The notes beneath the pieces are model-generated. The model was not told where the DNA came from, did not search any database, and saw only the letters and a program-made list of their open reading frames with translations. A stretch of 64,000 nucleotides of DNA from a virus. Lineage: Duplodnaviria > Caudoviricetes. Made by a program: the position numbers and the translations under genes. Shown here in pieces: positions 35,898 through 46,576 of this stretch (position 1 is the first letter of the stretch; every line of letters starts with the position of its first letter). The stretch covers positions 11,664-75,663 of the IMG/VR virus record IMGVR_UViG_3300036987_000100. One strand, 5' to 3'.

Positions 35898-38800
35898 CTA
35901 GGGCGTTGTAGTGGCGAGGATGCTGCCGTTATTGGCGTCACCGGCTACGGCAGCCCCATTAGTGTACTCGATGGTAGTAGCACTATACCCGGTAATTGGG
36001 AACGTACCGTTGTTTGCTGGCGTAGCTGCACCCGTTATGACGATGTTCTGGCCGGTTACGTCAGTTGTTAAATCTGTGAAGCCCGACAGCGTCGCCGTGG
36101 GTCCGACGACCGGACCGATGGCTCCCGTGCTGAACGAGTAGTACGGCCCCTCGACGGCGGACAGGATTATATGGGAATCAATGGGGAATACGTCCCCCTC
36201 AACCATGTCATAGTAAGCTTGGAATGGGGCAACCAGCGGTAGTACTGATGTGGCTCCAGTCTCCACGCGCGCTTGAAGATTGAAACCAGCGCTGAGCGTA
36301 GAGACGAACAGCGGTATAGCCTGAACGTGAGCCGGAGTCACTTGTGCGACCCGACTAATCATTCGATTCAAAATAAGTTCGAGCGCCAAGAGGTCTTGGG
36401 CGTCGTTGAGGATGGTTGTAGGCTCAATCGTCAGCAGCACCTTGCTGGCGGCGCAGTAGTCACAACTGAAAATCGGGGTGCAGTCGTACGTCAGGACTAT
36501 GGGTCCTTCGATTGGGGCAACAGCGGAGAATGCAGTTACCGTCCAGTCGGATCCGGAGGCTACGGGGGCGCTCTCCAAGAAGAAGTCTACGCCGTTATCG
36601 TCAGTAATCCTCCAGTTGCCTCCTTGTGTGTCTAGCACTGCGTTTAACGCACCGCTGACTGTAATGCCCCAGAGGTTCTCTGCGACTTGAGTTACGTTCG
36701 TGATGTTGAGGATTGCGTTGGTTTCTGTGACTGGCGCGAAAATACCGGTACCCGTGCCCTGCGGTGTTGCCACCACCAGCGCGAGGGCTGCGGGGTTACT
36801 CAGGAAGGCGGCCCTAACCTCGTTGGCCGTGGCTATGATTGCGTCGTATTGCACCGTCACGTGATTTCCCGCGACAGTCACAAGTACCGGGCTGCCCGTA
36901 ACGTCGCGGTGTGTGATGCGGACGCCGTAACCGCCGTCGGGTCCTGCGGTGTACTGGACCCTACCGTCCGGATCCGGGCTGTCTGCGCGGAAGGGGAGGA
37001 GCCCGTCCACGCTACTGTCGAAAGTGTCCTCCCAGCAGAATCTATCCAGGGCGAAGTGATCCTCCCCGCCCGCCAAGCTTGTAAACGCGTGGGCGCTTAT
37101 CGGCCCCGACGCTCCGTTTTGAGGGATTGCAGCAATCAGTACGTTTGCGGCCGGGGTAGCCGCGAGCGCCAACTCCACCGCTGCCGCAGTAGCGCCTGCC
37201 TCATAGCTTATGGTGATGTCGAGGCCGGAAACCGTGATGACGGGTAGTGCTAGCGGCCCCGGGACTTCCACGTGGGCTACTCGGATGTCGTTGCCGAGGA
37301 CACCTCGAATGACAGAGGCGTAGAGAATGTCACCGTCAGCGGCGGCCCCGCTGAGGTAGGCGGTAGCCGTCGGGTTGATGAGTTGCCCGAGTAACTCCGG
37401 ATCCAGGTCGTCGAACCGGGCTCGAAGCGGTGGTTTCGTCGTGTAGAGCCGCGTGAGGTTCCACTGCAGGCTGTCATTATTTGCCTCAGGAAGCGTTGCG
37501 GAGTCTACAACGCGGAACCTCACAGTTGTCGGAGAAACGTACTGATCCACCGTGTACAACTTGTTGTTTTCGGCTACCGCCGCCCACTGGATGCGGACTT
37601 GAAGGCCAACATCTGCCGGACGGAACAACGCGGTGGGAGAGTAGAACTCAACCCTACCGCCGGAACCCAAGCTTAAGCGGCCGTCCCGCGTGCTGGGGTT
37701 TTCAGGATTGGGGCTGCTGCGCCCCAACGCATACTCCCCGGTTTCGTGGACGTACTCCCGGGGTATGGCAAGAGAGAAATCTTGCGAAATCCTGTAAAGC
37801 GCTTCTGGGGTGATGCCGAATCCAGAGATGGCTCCGAGGATGGAGTAGGCTTCTCCAATCCCCTTAATTCCAATCCACCTGGAGTTGTTCTTCACCCAAC
37901 TGCGTTGGCGGTCCTCTGATTCCCGGATATCAATGTCAACTCCGTAGTCCCTTGCTAGGTACTGGAGCAACGAGGGTGCGCGTACCTGCACCTGTTGGTA
38001 CGCAGGGCTTTCTACGTCTCCAGCAAGTCCCGTGGCAGGACGAAGTTCCCAAGCCAAAGGGCCTGCGTCTACCGCAAAGGGCTCCGGTATGTCTGCCAGC
38101 GCTGGATTTGCTATTTGGGGGACAACCCGCTGGGCTGCGGTGATGGAGGTGGTAGTGGAAGAGACTCCAACGATTTCTACGGTGCCATTGTTGGTGCCAG
38201 GTCCGCGAAGCGTCAGCAGCTTCCCTCGGTCCGGAGACTCGTAGACCCACCGAATAGCGCCGTTGTTGGCGTCGGACGCCACGCCGTTGTTGTTGGTGTA
38301 CTCCACCGAGGTGGCATTTATGTACTTGGTAATAGTAAATGGCGTAGCGCTGTTGTTGGGGGTGGTGGCACCTGAAATCTGTAGCCGGTGTCCAACGCAG
38401 CTCGGCTCCATTCCGGCCAGCCCCACAATAGTCATAGTCCGCACCGCATCCACTGTGACTGCGGTGGTGATGCTGGCCAAGCTCCCGGATAAGTCCGGAG
38501 AGAACTTACCCGATGGCATCCTAAGCTCTACTTGGTCCTCGGTGAGTGTAATCCACGAGATGGCGCCGTTGTTTGCGTCAGGCGCAACCGCGAGCGCATT
38601 GGTGTATTTGACTGAACTTGCAGAGATTAAAGCGGAGATTCGAAAGGTACCGTTGTTGCTCGCCGTGGCAGCGCCAGAAATGGTGATGAAGCGGCCTACG
38701 TCGTCCAGGGACATGTCGTACAAACCAGTGACAGTCGCCTGCCCTCCGGCCACCGCAGTGATGCTTGCTGGTTTCGGGAGTGCCAGTGGGAGAGTTGGCG

Positions 38801-40307
38801 TCCCCTGTCTCGGCCCTACGGCGGTAATCTCTGCGTCGTACCCATGCTGCTCCAAGACGCCTCGAAGCCCTTGAACGCGACCCCGCAGCACAAGCTGGGG
38901 TCGAGGGAGCAGTGCCCAAGTCAGGGGGCCGGAATCCTCCTTAATTGGAGTGCCCGCGACCATGTGGTCGCTAGGCCCGACTCGCCGAATGACTGCGAGG
39001 CGGTACTCTAGCTCTACGGTGTATTGCCCGGCGCTCGACCCCGAGGCCCCTCCGTACCCCGTCTCCAGCGTTAATGCAGTATCTGTAGTTACAGTGCGAA
39101 TTCGTGCGTATGCGGTGTTCCCCTGAGAAGCCAGTTTGATGTACCCACCAGGGGCCACTTCTGACAAGAACAGGGTTCCCACGCCAGTTACCGCAGTGAG
39201 TCCGTTTGATACGCTAATAGTCCCCGTCAGCGCGACCGTGGCTCCGGAATACGAGACGTCTGCCGGACCCAGCCTCAGCACATTCTCTATTTCGTACTTG
39301 TCGTTGTTGGACTCCACCGCCGAGCCAGCAACAGTCAGTCGCTTCCCGATGTCACCAAGCGTGAATGAATCCGAAGCGAGCACGAATTGGTGGAACTCGT
39401 AGTGGGCGCTCCAAGCCTCAGAACTTCCACGGTAGCCCCCAGACAGCACCAAGGAAGTGTCAGACAGCACCTTCGCCACCTTGGTGTATGACGTGTCCGG
39501 CTGAGTGGAAATACGGAGGTACCCTCCGGGTGTCACTTCCGTCAGGAAGGCAGTGCCCGCACCAGTTACTGTCGTTTCCCCCGCAGTAACGGTAACAACA
39601 CCCGTCAGGGCTCGGCTCGCGCCCGTAAGTATGCCTTCAGTCCCTTCCTTTTCAGTACGAGTCCCTAGTTGCGTGCGCGCAAGCACCTCGAACTCTGAGG
39701 AGCCGTCAAACAACGTCCAGCCCGGAGAAATGTTCGATGCGTCTCCAAAGGTCGTCTCAACGACAGTCCTATCCCGGGGTTCAATAACCGCGTCCTGCAA
39801 CTCCCACGTCAATGGCCCCGCGTCCACGCTCAATGGCGGCGAAATAACTGCCCTTGTCGGTACGGCCGGATCCACCTGCGCGATAGTGACGGTCAGGTTG
39901 TGTGCAGGATTAACCGAGCGGCGAATTTCCAGCACTTTGCCAGAATGCGATGGGCCAAACCGCGCCGAGGGGTCGATGAACTCCCCAAATGCAGTAATGC
40001 TTCCGTTTGTTCCCCGCTGGTGTACGCGCCCCTTGGCGACTACGCGCTTCCCGAGAGTAAGAAGCGTCTTTTCGTCGTACTGGCTGCGCGCGGCGCTTGG
40101 ATCTCGCAACTCACCAAACTTTTGAATCTTGTGTCGTAACTTCTCCAGCGAAGGCCGCTCACCCTCTACCAGCTTGGCTAGTGGATAGCCTTGCTCGGCA
40201 TCTTTCCTCTGATGCAGCTCCGGAAGCATTCGGTACAAGACTGTCCTGGACCAGTCAAAATGGCCCATGGGGAACCGACCAAACCGATTATGCCCGAAGC
40301 CACTCAA
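35898..40307 (-). CDS. Giant baseplate protein (P2 gpI / T4 gp7-like core) decorated with repeated beta modules
   Basis: 1469 aa, TTG start; LYRMLPE N-terminus; LLQYLA.DYG.....E...QR......W..IKG gpI-like motif. Confidence 0.7.
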   Translation of the reverse strand: MSGFGHNRFGRFPMGHFDWSRTVLYRMLPELHQRKDAEQGYPLAKLVEGERPSLEKLRHKIQKFGELRDPSAARSQYDEKTLLTLGKRVVAKGRVHQRGTNGSITAFGEFIDPSARFGPSHSGKVLEIRRSVNPAHNLTVTIAQVDPAVPTRAVISPPLSVDAGPLTWELQDAVIEPRDRTVVETTFGDASNISPGWTLFDGSSEFEVLARTQLGTRTEKEGTEGILTGASRALTGVVTVTAGETTVTGAGTAFLTEVTPGGYLRISTQPDTSYTKVAKVLSDTSLVLSGGYRGSSEAWSAHYEFHQFVLASDSFTLGDIGKRLTVAGSAVESNNDKYEIENVLRLGPADVSYSGATVALTGTISVSNGLTAVTGVGTLFLSEVAPGGYIKLASQGNTAYARIRTVTTDTALTLETGYGGASGSSAGQYTVELEYRLAVIRRVGPSDHMVAGTPIKEDSGPLTWALLPRPQLVLRGRVQGLRGVLEQHGYDAEITAVGPRQGTPTLPLALPKPASITAVAGGQATVTGLYDMSLDDVGRFITISGAATASNNGTFRISALISASSVKYTNALAVAPDANNGAISWITLTEDQVELRMPSGKFSPDLSGSLASITTAVTVDAVRTMTIVGLAGMEPSCVGHRLQISGATTPNNSATPFTITKYINATSVEYTNNNGVASDANNGAIRWVYESPDRGKLLTLRGPGTNNGTVEIVGVSSTTTSITAAQRVVPQIANPALADIPEPFAVDAGPLAWELRPATGLAGDVESPAYQQVQVRAPSLLQYLARDYGVDIDIRESEDRQRSWVKNNSRWIGIKGIGEAYSILGAISGFGITPEALYRISQDFSLAIPREYVHETGEYALGRSSPNPENPSTRDGRLSLGSGGRVEFYSPTALFRPADVGLQVRIQWAAVAENNKLYTVDQYVSPTTVRFRVVDSATLPEANNDSLQWNLTRLYTTKPPLRARFDDLDPELLGQLINPTATAYLSGAAADGDILYASVIRGVLGNDIRVAHVEVPGPLALPVITVSGLDITISYEAGATAAAVELALAATPAANVLIAAIPQNGASGPISAHAFTSLAGGEDHFALDRFCWEDTFDSSVDGLLPFRADSPDPDGRVQYTAGPDGGYGVRITHRDVTGSPVLVTVAGNHVTVQYDAIIATANEVRAAFLSNPAALALVVATPQGTGTGIFAPVTETNAILNITNVTQVAENLWGITVSGALNAVLDTQGGNWRITDDNGVDFFLESAPVASGSDWTVTAFSAVAPIEGPIVLTYDCTPIFSCDYCAASKVLLTIEPTTILNDAQDLLALELILNRMISRVAQVTPAHVQAIPLFVSTLSAGFNLQARVETGATSVLPLVAPFQAYYDMVEGDVFPIDSHIILSAVEGPYYSFSTGAIGPVVGPTATLSGFTDLTTDVTGQNIVITGAATPANNGTFPITGYSATTIEYTNGAAVAGDANNGSILATTTP
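38956..38971. repeat. 16-bp palindrome copy 6, GCGACCATGTGGTCGC
   Basis: Deep inside the CDS, encodes SDHMVA. Confidence 0.95.
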
Positions 40308-40315
40308 GACCGCTC

Positions 40316-41536
40316 CTAGAAGGTATTCAGGACTTCAATTCCAGCCCACTGACAAAGCAAAGTACCCGCCCCGGCCGTAACGCCCATGCGCACCTCGTAC
40401 ATACGCGCCGCTGTGTTGAGCGTGACTGGCACCACCTGCTCCGTAGGCGCCGCAGCGCTGACCACCACCGTTGAGCCCACCACAGCAGCGGCGGAAGTCA
40501 GGTCATACAAATACACAGTTCCGGTAGCTCCGCCCGTAATGTAGGCGGTCACCTTGAATACCGTAGAGACAGTAGTCCCTGTCACCGTGTAGTCGCTTCT
40601 GGCGAAGGAATAGTTACCCGCCACAACCGGTGGCGCCAACGCCGTGGCTACTCCCATCCCGATTGCGATGTTGTCTCTCAGCGCCTGCCCGGTCGTTCCC
40701 AGTGCGTTTGTAACCGTAAACGCCAAGGGGGTTGTATCCAGCGTGATGGGGTTGTCCGTCGCCAACTGAAACATCTTGTCAGCCGCAGCGCCTTCAGCCA
40801 CGACGATGACAAATCCTGCCATCACCAACGCATCGGTATTCGCATCGGAGGATCGAACCCAGGTTCCGTCTGAGCCAGTGCCCACGGTTTGCACGATGTA
40901 GATGCCGTTTTCGGCCGCAGCGCTTTGCTGCCAAACCAGGATACGATCATTCACGTTCAGGGTGATGCCACTCAATGTGTCTGGCGCCCCGCCAACCAGC
41001 GTCACGGGACCCGTGGTGGCTAGTCTTGCTGGAGATTTGAAATCCGGGGAACCCCCGCCACTCCCGCCGCTAGATATTTCCAGTACACTAATGGTCTCTC
41101 CGGTCCCAATGCTGTGTCCATTCCGGAAGTAGAAACGGTTACCCTTACGGATGCCCACAAGCATGTCCGCATTCGACGAAGGCACCTGTGCACCCTGTTG
41201 CGCAGTAACCGCAACATTTGCAAGCGGGGCTCTTGGGAGGTTGACGTAGAAGACCTCGCCCTCAAGCAGGGCGAGACTTCCTGCGTTGATGAACCATTGG
41301 AACCCGGTGATGGGGGCGGCGATAGTGATGTTTGCGTCCCAAGTAAGTGTGCCCAGCCCCGTTCCCGGGTCTACGTTAAAGGTGAAGACCCCGCCGTCCA
41401 TGAGGACTATTTGGCGGTCTTCACGCCCTGCGTAGAGGGCAGCGTCAACCGCCTCAATCATCCCCACGAATTGGTCGTAAAACGGGTCCTGGTGCTCATT
41501 CGGGTAAGGTATGTTCAGCCTGGGGGTAGTGGCCAC
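40316..41536 (-). CDS. Tail fibre-like protein
   Basis: DFK.PARLATT.......DRILV..Q....ENGIY.V......W.RSSDA common phage fibre domain. Confidence 0.75.
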   Translation of the reverse strand: MATTPRLNIPYPNEHQDPFYDQFVGMIEAVDAALYAGREDRQIVLMDGGVFTFNVDPGTGLGTLTWDANITIAAPITGFQWFINAGSLALLEGEVFYVNLPRAPLANVAVTAQQGAQVPSSNADMLVGIRKGNRFYFRNGHSIGTGETISVLEISSGGSGGGSPDFKSPARLATTGPVTLVGGAPDTLSGITLNVNDRILVWQQSAAAENGIYIVQTVGTGSDGTWVRSSDANTDALVMAGFVIVVAEGAAADKMFQLATDNPITLDTTPLAFTVTNALGTTGQALRDNIAIGMGVATALAPPVVAGNYSFARSDYTVTGTTVSTVFKVTAYITGGATGTVYLYDLTSAAAVVGSTVVVSAAAPTEQVVPVTLNTAARMYEVRMGVTAGAGTLLCQWAGIEVLNTF

Positions 41537-41546
41537 GGGTCATCTC

Positions 41547-41933
41547 CTATAGTGCCAGCAGCGTGACGCCAGCCTGAACCTCGAAGGCACTTGGCGGTAC
41601 TACGGCAAATCGTTTACCGCTAGCAAGTACAAGCCATACGTCAAAAACGTACGATTTTACTGCCAAGGTTTGCGTATCGGCGGGCACGAGGTAGATGCGA
41701 GCCTTGCCCTCACGGGGAACCGTCACTTCGGCTTGCGTTATGCTATCCGACGACTTCTGAATGAGCGGAGCAGCGTCTGTTGCCGCGACCTTCACCGACA
41801 TTACGATTTTTGCTCCGGTAATATCCACCGCCTTTCCGTCAGCATCCGTAATGATTAGTTCCAGTGTCTTTGATGTACCCCGAACGAGCACAAGCGCGTT
41901 TTCCGGGAGAATCGTAATAGGCTGAATGGGCAT
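41547..41933 (-). CDS. BppU-like baseplate/fibre adaptor domain protein
   Basis: RG.S..L...I.DADG..VDITGA.I...VK...G......PADT; TAATG coupling gives a start at 41933. Confidence 0.65.
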   Translation of the reverse strand: MPIQPITILPENALVLVRGTSKTLELIITDADGKAVDITGAKIVMSVKVAATDAAPLIQKSSDSITQAEVTVPREGKARIYLVPADTQTLAVKSYVFDVWLVLASGKRFAVVPPSAFEVQAGVTLLAL

Positions 41934-42379
41934 TAGGAGCAAACCTCATGGAGCTGCGCGCGAAGTATTTCTGTGTCCTTAAGGAGGCCCAGCACCAGTT
42001 GGTGATTGACCAGCCTGCCATCCAGGCCATCTAGCTCGTAGACACGTCCAAGCCGCATCTCCGCCTCAGAGAGTTTACCGCGAAACTGGTCCACCTCCAC
42101 CAAACATCCAGAGATGATGGTGACTTCTTCTTCGGGCTGAGGGCTCGCGGTGTCCGTGAAGAAGATTTGAACCACATCTCCAGGGAGCGGAGCTTCTTTA
42201 AGTTCCACCACTCCGTGGGAAGGACTAGTTTCTAGCCAGCCATCGTCCCAGTCCCGGCGGTACATCTTACCGTTGACGAAAACAGCGGTAGTGTTGGCAA
42301 CATAAGGCACACTGACGGCGAAGGTCCTATTGACCCCGTCAATGACACCTAAAGCAACCTCGAACCGTGGGGATGGCAC
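41933..42379 (-). CDS. Virion-type protein; N-terminal domain paralogous to 16363-16590
   Basis: GVIDGVNRTF...Y......VFVNG...EAPLPGDVVQIFF. Confidence 0.65.
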   Translation of the reverse strand: MPSPRFEVALGVIDGVNRTFAVSVPYVANTTAVFVNGKMYRRDWDDGWLETSPSHGVVELKEAPLPGDVVQIFFTDTASPQPEEEVTIISGCLVEVDQFRGKLSEAEMRLGRVYELDGLDGRLVNHQLVLGLLKDTEILRAQLHEVCS

Positions 42380-42433
42380 GACAAAGCTTATAGCTTACGT
42401 CGTCCGCTACATCAAACGCTAAGTATTACAATA

Positions 42434-43069
42434 TCAGCCCGACAGTCTGCCGTAGGTAGCTGCGAGCACGTAATGGCGTTGCGACCGCTCCAGGCAGCCC
42501 AAGGTTGCGGCGCGCTCCCCCGCCTGTTGATGGTGCCGCACTTTCCACTCCAGCCCCTCAGTGAGGGCGGCCCGCTTGGAATGGGTCAGATACTGCGCGT
42601 CCTTAGTGGTGGATTCCTCGGGCAGATCCAGCAAAGCCTCGTTGAGGGCTACAATGGCCCGCAGTACTGCTTCGGTTGGGGGAGAAGCCCCCGGAGCCAC
42701 CTGTGCCGCCTCAGGCCCACCTTGCGCAGTTCTAGCTTGGATTCCTGCCTTCACTGCGGTGTTGTTGCGCTTGTTCGCGCCAGCCATGTACTGCTTGCGA
42801 ACTGAGGCAATCTTTTTTGCCAAGTTGACGCGTGCTGGTTTGATTTTGGGGCCAAAAATAGTTCTCGGTTCCACCGGCTTCGGGGGGCCAACCTTGGGCT
42901 TGGAACCAAAGGCTACCTTGGGCCGTGGAGGCGCCTTGGGCTTCGGCGCAGGCCTTGCTGCTGTTTTAGGCTTTGGCGCGGGGTCAAATAGGCGCCGCCC
43001 CTTGGTCTGCCCCTGTGGCTTGATTTGAGGCTTCGGCGCTTTCTGCTGTGTTGAGAGGGGTGGGGTCAT
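42434..43069 (-). CDS. Pro/Lys-rich hypothetical protein
   Basis: 211 aa, basic disordered N-terminus. Confidence 0.55.
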   Translation of the reverse strand: MTPPLSTQQKAPKPQIKPQGQTKGRRLFDPAPKPKTAARPAPKPKAPPRPKVAFGSKPKVGPPKPVEPRTIFGPKIKPARVNLAKKIASVRKQYMAGANKRNNTAVKAGIQARTAQGGPEAAQVAPGASPPTEAVLRAIVALNEALLDLPEESTTKDAQYLTHSKRAALTEGLEWKVRHHQQAGERAATLGCLERSQRHYVLAATYGRLSG

Positions 43070-43089
43070 GATGATTCTTTCGGCACCTT

Positions 43090-43105
43090 GCGACCACGTG
43101 GTCGC
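43090..43105. repeat. 16-bp palindrome copy 7, GCGACCACGTGGTCGC (perfect; 18 bp with flanks)
   Basis: Intergenic. Confidence 0.95.
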
Positions 43106-43111
43106 AGCATG

Positions 43112-43318
43112 TCACGCCGACACCTCTTGTGGGTATTCGTACGCGATGACGATGTCGAGCAAGTCTACCGCTGGAAACGGTGCCAGTAACCCCAGGGGGT
43201 CCGGTACCTCTTCCACCTCCCAGTAGACGTACCCGATGGGCACCTCCGTGTGGTAGGCGCGCATGAGAATTCGAATCGGTGCGGTGGTAGGCCCGAGGCC
43301 CAACGTTACGAGGCTCAT
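43112..43318 (-). CDS. Small hypothetical protein
   Basis: 68 aa, ATGA coupling. Confidence 0.55.
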   Translation of the reverse strand: MSLVTLGLGPTTAPIRILMRAYHTEVPIGYVYWEVEEVPDPLGLLAPFPAVDLLDIVIAYEYPQEVSA

Positions 43319-43911
43319 AGCGGTATTTTCTGAAAGATTTTAGTGGCGCTGGCCACACCAGCATCATCTTTCAAGTCGAAAGAGAATACCACTACTGCGC
43401 CAGTGTCGTCATAGATGTCCAGCTTCTTCGTGGTTTTATTGATGATGCCCTTGTTTTTCACTACCCGGAACACGTCGTTGAGGAACAAGCCCATTGAACC
43501 GGCGCCTTGATGACTGGCAATGAGTTCATCCCATACCGCGTCGGCAATGCTTCCCGGGGACGTGGCGTTAACCAACCCCTCAAGCATGTCACCCTTTGTA
43601 CCCGGAGCCCGGTCCACGACGTCGTTCCAGACGTCGTCTTTCACTTGGGAGGTTGGTTCATCCAGGAATAGGTCCTTCGGACCAATCACATCCGAGATGT
43701 ACTGTACCTCCTCTGTGGGAATTGACGCCCCTCCGTCCACTTCAAATACGACATCAAATGTTGGGGTGTAGTCGAAGTAGTACGTTCCATTGGCAACTTC
43801 GACGATGGACGGGGGCGTTTCGTCTAGGAGATCAGAAGCCTTCTTGAAGAAGGTAAACGTCGGAGTCAGTCCCGTGTCGGAGTGGCGGAAGCGTAAAAAG
43901 TATCGGGACAT
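43315..43911 (-). CDS. Hypothetical structural protein
   Basis: 198 aa; IADAVWDE motif typical of phage fibre-associated proteins. Confidence 0.65.
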   Translation of the reverse strand: MSRYFLRFRHSDTGLTPTFTFFKKASDLLDETPPSIVEVANGTYYFDYTPTFDVVFEVDGGASIPTEEVQYISDVIGPKDLFLDEPTSQVKDDVWNDVVDRAPGTKGDMLEGLVNATSPGSIADAVWDELIASHQGAGSMGLFLNDVFRVVKNKGIINKTTKKLDIYDDTGAVVVFSFDLKDDAGVASATKIFQKIPL

Positions 43912-43975
43912 TGAGTACCCCTGGTTGAGAATCTCGCTACATACTAGAGGAGCGCGCCCTTCGTGCCAATGTCAG

Positions 43976-44752
43976 TTAGAAGGGGTAAGAAAGCCCATCG
44001 CCACCATCGTACAAATTCGCTATTTCCTCTACCGATAATGCGCGGCTCCAAATACCAACTTCGTCGATAGTTCCTGCTTGAAAGTACTGCGCTGGGTTGG
44101 CTCCGCCGTGGTTTTGCGCCCACGCCCCGATGGCCAGCCGATGGGTACTCAAAGGATTCGTCGTTACCGTATTAGAATTGGCTAGCACCCCATTAGCCCA
44201 AAGTTCATGCGTTGAGCCCCGCCTGATGGAGATGATGTGGTTCCAGTTCCCATTAGGGTTGAACTCTGCAAAGATACCGTAAGGCCCAGAGGTCTCGCAC
44301 ACCCCTCCACCCCATTGTGTTGCGTTGGACGCGTTGCGTCCGAGCCAGAACCCAACGTCGTAGGCCTTGTCAAGCACACGCTGGTAATTAATGGTTGTGT
44401 TGCAAATGAACCATGCACAGGCGGTAAAATCGCCGAAGGCGCTAGAAACTGGCGTGTCAATCTTAGACGTCGTTCCAGCGAATACTGCGCCTGAACTCAG
44501 TTTCCCCGCCGCGTAAGTAATTCCGGTTGGGGTAGCGTGGGCCGTACCGGCGGCGTCGTCGCTGTTCCCATCGAGCCTCCAGTAACCCTCCAACCCGGTA
44601 AGGAGCGTGGACCTCCCCGACCCCGCCACAGCCCGCTCCGCCCAGATACCGTCCTTCATACCGGGCGAGATGCCGGGGACCCGTTGTACGCCTTCAACAC
44701 CTTTACTCCTGATTGTCTGTACACTTAGAAGCGTCGTAATTAAATCCGCCAT
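43976..44752 (-). CDS. LamG (concanavalin A-like) domain protein
   Basis: GYWRLDG, FTACAW, WNHI, IDEVGIWSRALS.EEI. Confidence 0.85.
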   Translation of the reverse strand: MADLITTLLSVQTIRSKGVEGVQRVPGISPGMKDGIWAERAVAGSGRSTLLTGLEGYWRLDGNSDDAAGTAHATPTGITYAAGKLSSGAVFAGTTSKIDTPVSSAFGDFTACAWFICNTTINYQRVLDKAYDVGFWLGRNASNATQWGGGVCETSGPYGIFAEFNPNGNWNHIISIRRGSTHELWANGVLANSNTVTTNPLSTHRLAIGAWAQNHGGANPAQYFQAGTIDEVGIWSRALSVEEIANLYDGGDGLSYPF

Positions 44753-46575
44753 TACAGGACCCCCCTCGCGTCAATCACCCACACCCGTCCTTCGGTGCCC
44801 ATGTTCCCCCCAGCCACGCCAACCGCATAAACTCTCTTGGTGCCTTCATCCACCGCTACATCCGTCACTACACCGTCCGTCAATCCCTGCGCGACCCAAG
44901 TGACAGTTCCGTCGGATACGTTACCGGAGGAAGTCCACCGTGGCTCAGCATTACTTGCTGTGCCGCCAACTGTTGCCTTGAAGTAGTATCGCGCCGGAGC
45001 AAACTCGTGGGTAGCTCTAGGTCTAATCAGCGTATTGATTGAGTACGCCGTACCAGGCACCCAAGTGTTTACCACCAGCCCGGACACCTTCGTCATCGCC
45101 TTGAGTCGAAGCTCTTCGTCGTACACCGCCACGCCACCGTTCCCCAGCGGCACTACGAGCTTGCCGCTAGGCGTGCGAACGACTTTGAACGACTGGGCAC
45201 CGTACAGAGCCATAGTAGGTGTTACTGCGTCGTGCAGGATTACGGGGGCGCCAGCGCCGAAGTAGTCGTACACACCGACTCTATCGACCATCGATACAAT
45301 CAGGCGCACTGCTGTCGCATTTGTTGGGTGGGCTGTAGCAAGAACACCGTTTACCCTTGCAGGCAGCGGAACGTTGCTCAGTAGCGTGGGGCTGGTCCCA
45401 TTCTCATCGTAAACGCGTAGCCGATTCACACTGCTTTCAAATGTCGCAACGAATACTCTCGGCGTAGCCAAGAAGTTGGCGACACTTACGGCACGTACCG
45501 CCCCTATGCCCGAGAGCGCCGAGGTCGGCGTCATCGTGCTGAGGGTTACGACGACCAGCTCCCCTGCTGTACCGCTGCTGTCCGCGTAGAGAGCCGCGTA
45601 CCCGTAGGTCGCCGAGACATCAAAGTCTACGAGAACCCCAGTGCTGCCGGGCATCTCACTGGCACTCACGAACGCCGGTACGAGCGTATAGGCAGCTACG
45701 TCATCTCCATTTCCGTTTGGACCGGCGGACGCACTGACGGTTAGCGTGTCATTCGCAAGAGTCAGGAGAGCTACGGCGTTGATGCCGTCAGACGTTCCGG
45801 CTACGACACCGTCCGTGTGGTACAGCACGGAGTTGTCTGTAGAGAGTGTGAGTCGGCCACGTAAGTAGTCGGTGACGGTCGTGTCGTTCAACCGTGAAGG
45901 CTCCGCCACGAATAGCTTCGTGGCGTCTGAGGGGTGTCGAAGAATACTGCTGAGTGGACGAGTTCTTTTGAACGTCGTTAGCTCCTGGAGCGGCCTGGCC
46001 TCTACCCCGAGCTGCGCTACAGATACGCGACTGTCGTCGTACGGCACCACCTCAACCGCCTGTGTCCCGCTCACCTTGCCTGTGATGAGGGGGTAGGCGG
46101 ACTCCCAGACAGCACCGCCAGTGTCGGAGACACGCCCGTAGACTCCGTAAGAGCGCGGGGTCCTGTAGTACAGAAGGAAGCGCTGGTCGATGGTACGCGT
46201 CAGGTAGCCCAGCCGTGGGTTGGTTCCAGGAAACAACGGCGCGGGTTCGACGGTGTACTCACCGGTCAGCACGTTGAATCTCGCTGAATAGAGTGTCCCG
46301 TTTCTTACACCGTCTTCTCCGAGTCCGTCATCCCAGATGGCTAAGAGATCATCAGCTACAGGATCATAGATGACAGTCACGTTTCTAAACGTGGCTGCCT
46401 GCGTGAACACCTCGGTGAAGTCTAGCGCGTTGTGCGGCTTCCAGTTGAGGCGACGCAGGCTAGGAGCTGGGATGAGCGAATTCCACACGACGTAGACAAC
46501 GCCGTTACGGATGAAGGAGCCCAGCTCAACAGGAGCCCCCTCAATCGTAACCCCAGCAATAGCCGACAGCGCCAT
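44752..46575 (-). CDS. Beta-propeller-like virion protein with an inserted small carbohydrate-binding-type module
   Basis: 607 aa; WVPGTAYS...YYFKATVGGT...EPRW....DGTVTW. Confidence 0.6.
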   Translation of the reverse strand: MALSAIAGVTIEGAPVELGSFIRNGVVYVVWNSLIPAPSLRRLNWKPHNALDFTEVFTQAATFRNVTVIYDPVADDLLAIWDDGLGEDGVRNGTLYSARFNVLTGEYTVEPAPLFPGTNPRLGYLTRTIDQRFLLYYRTPRSYGVYGRVSDTGGAVWESAYPLITGKVSGTQAVEVVPYDDSRVSVAQLGVEARPLQELTTFKRTRPLSSILRHPSDATKLFVAEPSRLNDTTVTDYLRGRLTLSTDNSVLYHTDGVVAGTSDGINAVALLTLANDTLTVSASAGPNGNGDDVAAYTLVPAFVSASEMPGSTGVLVDFDVSATYGYAALYADSSGTAGELVVVTLSTMTPTSALSGIGAVRAVSVANFLATPRVFVATFESSVNRLRVYDENGTSPTLLSNVPLPARVNGVLATAHPTNATAVRLIVSMVDRVGVYDYFGAGAPVILHDAVTPTMALYGAQSFKVVRTPSGKLVVPLGNGGVAVYDEELRLKAMTKVSGLVVNTWVPGTAYSINTLIRPRATHEFAPARYYFKATVGGTASNAEPRWTSSGNVSDGTVTWVAQGLTDGVVTDVAVDEGTKRVYAVGVAGGNMGTEGRVWVIDARGVL

Positions 46576-46576
46576 G

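Noticed and set aside
42405-43942. A(T/C)GTAGCG motif upstream of genes (949, 42405, 43935) as a late promoter
   Set aside because: Only three short copies with inconsistent spacing; needs motif discovery on the whole genome
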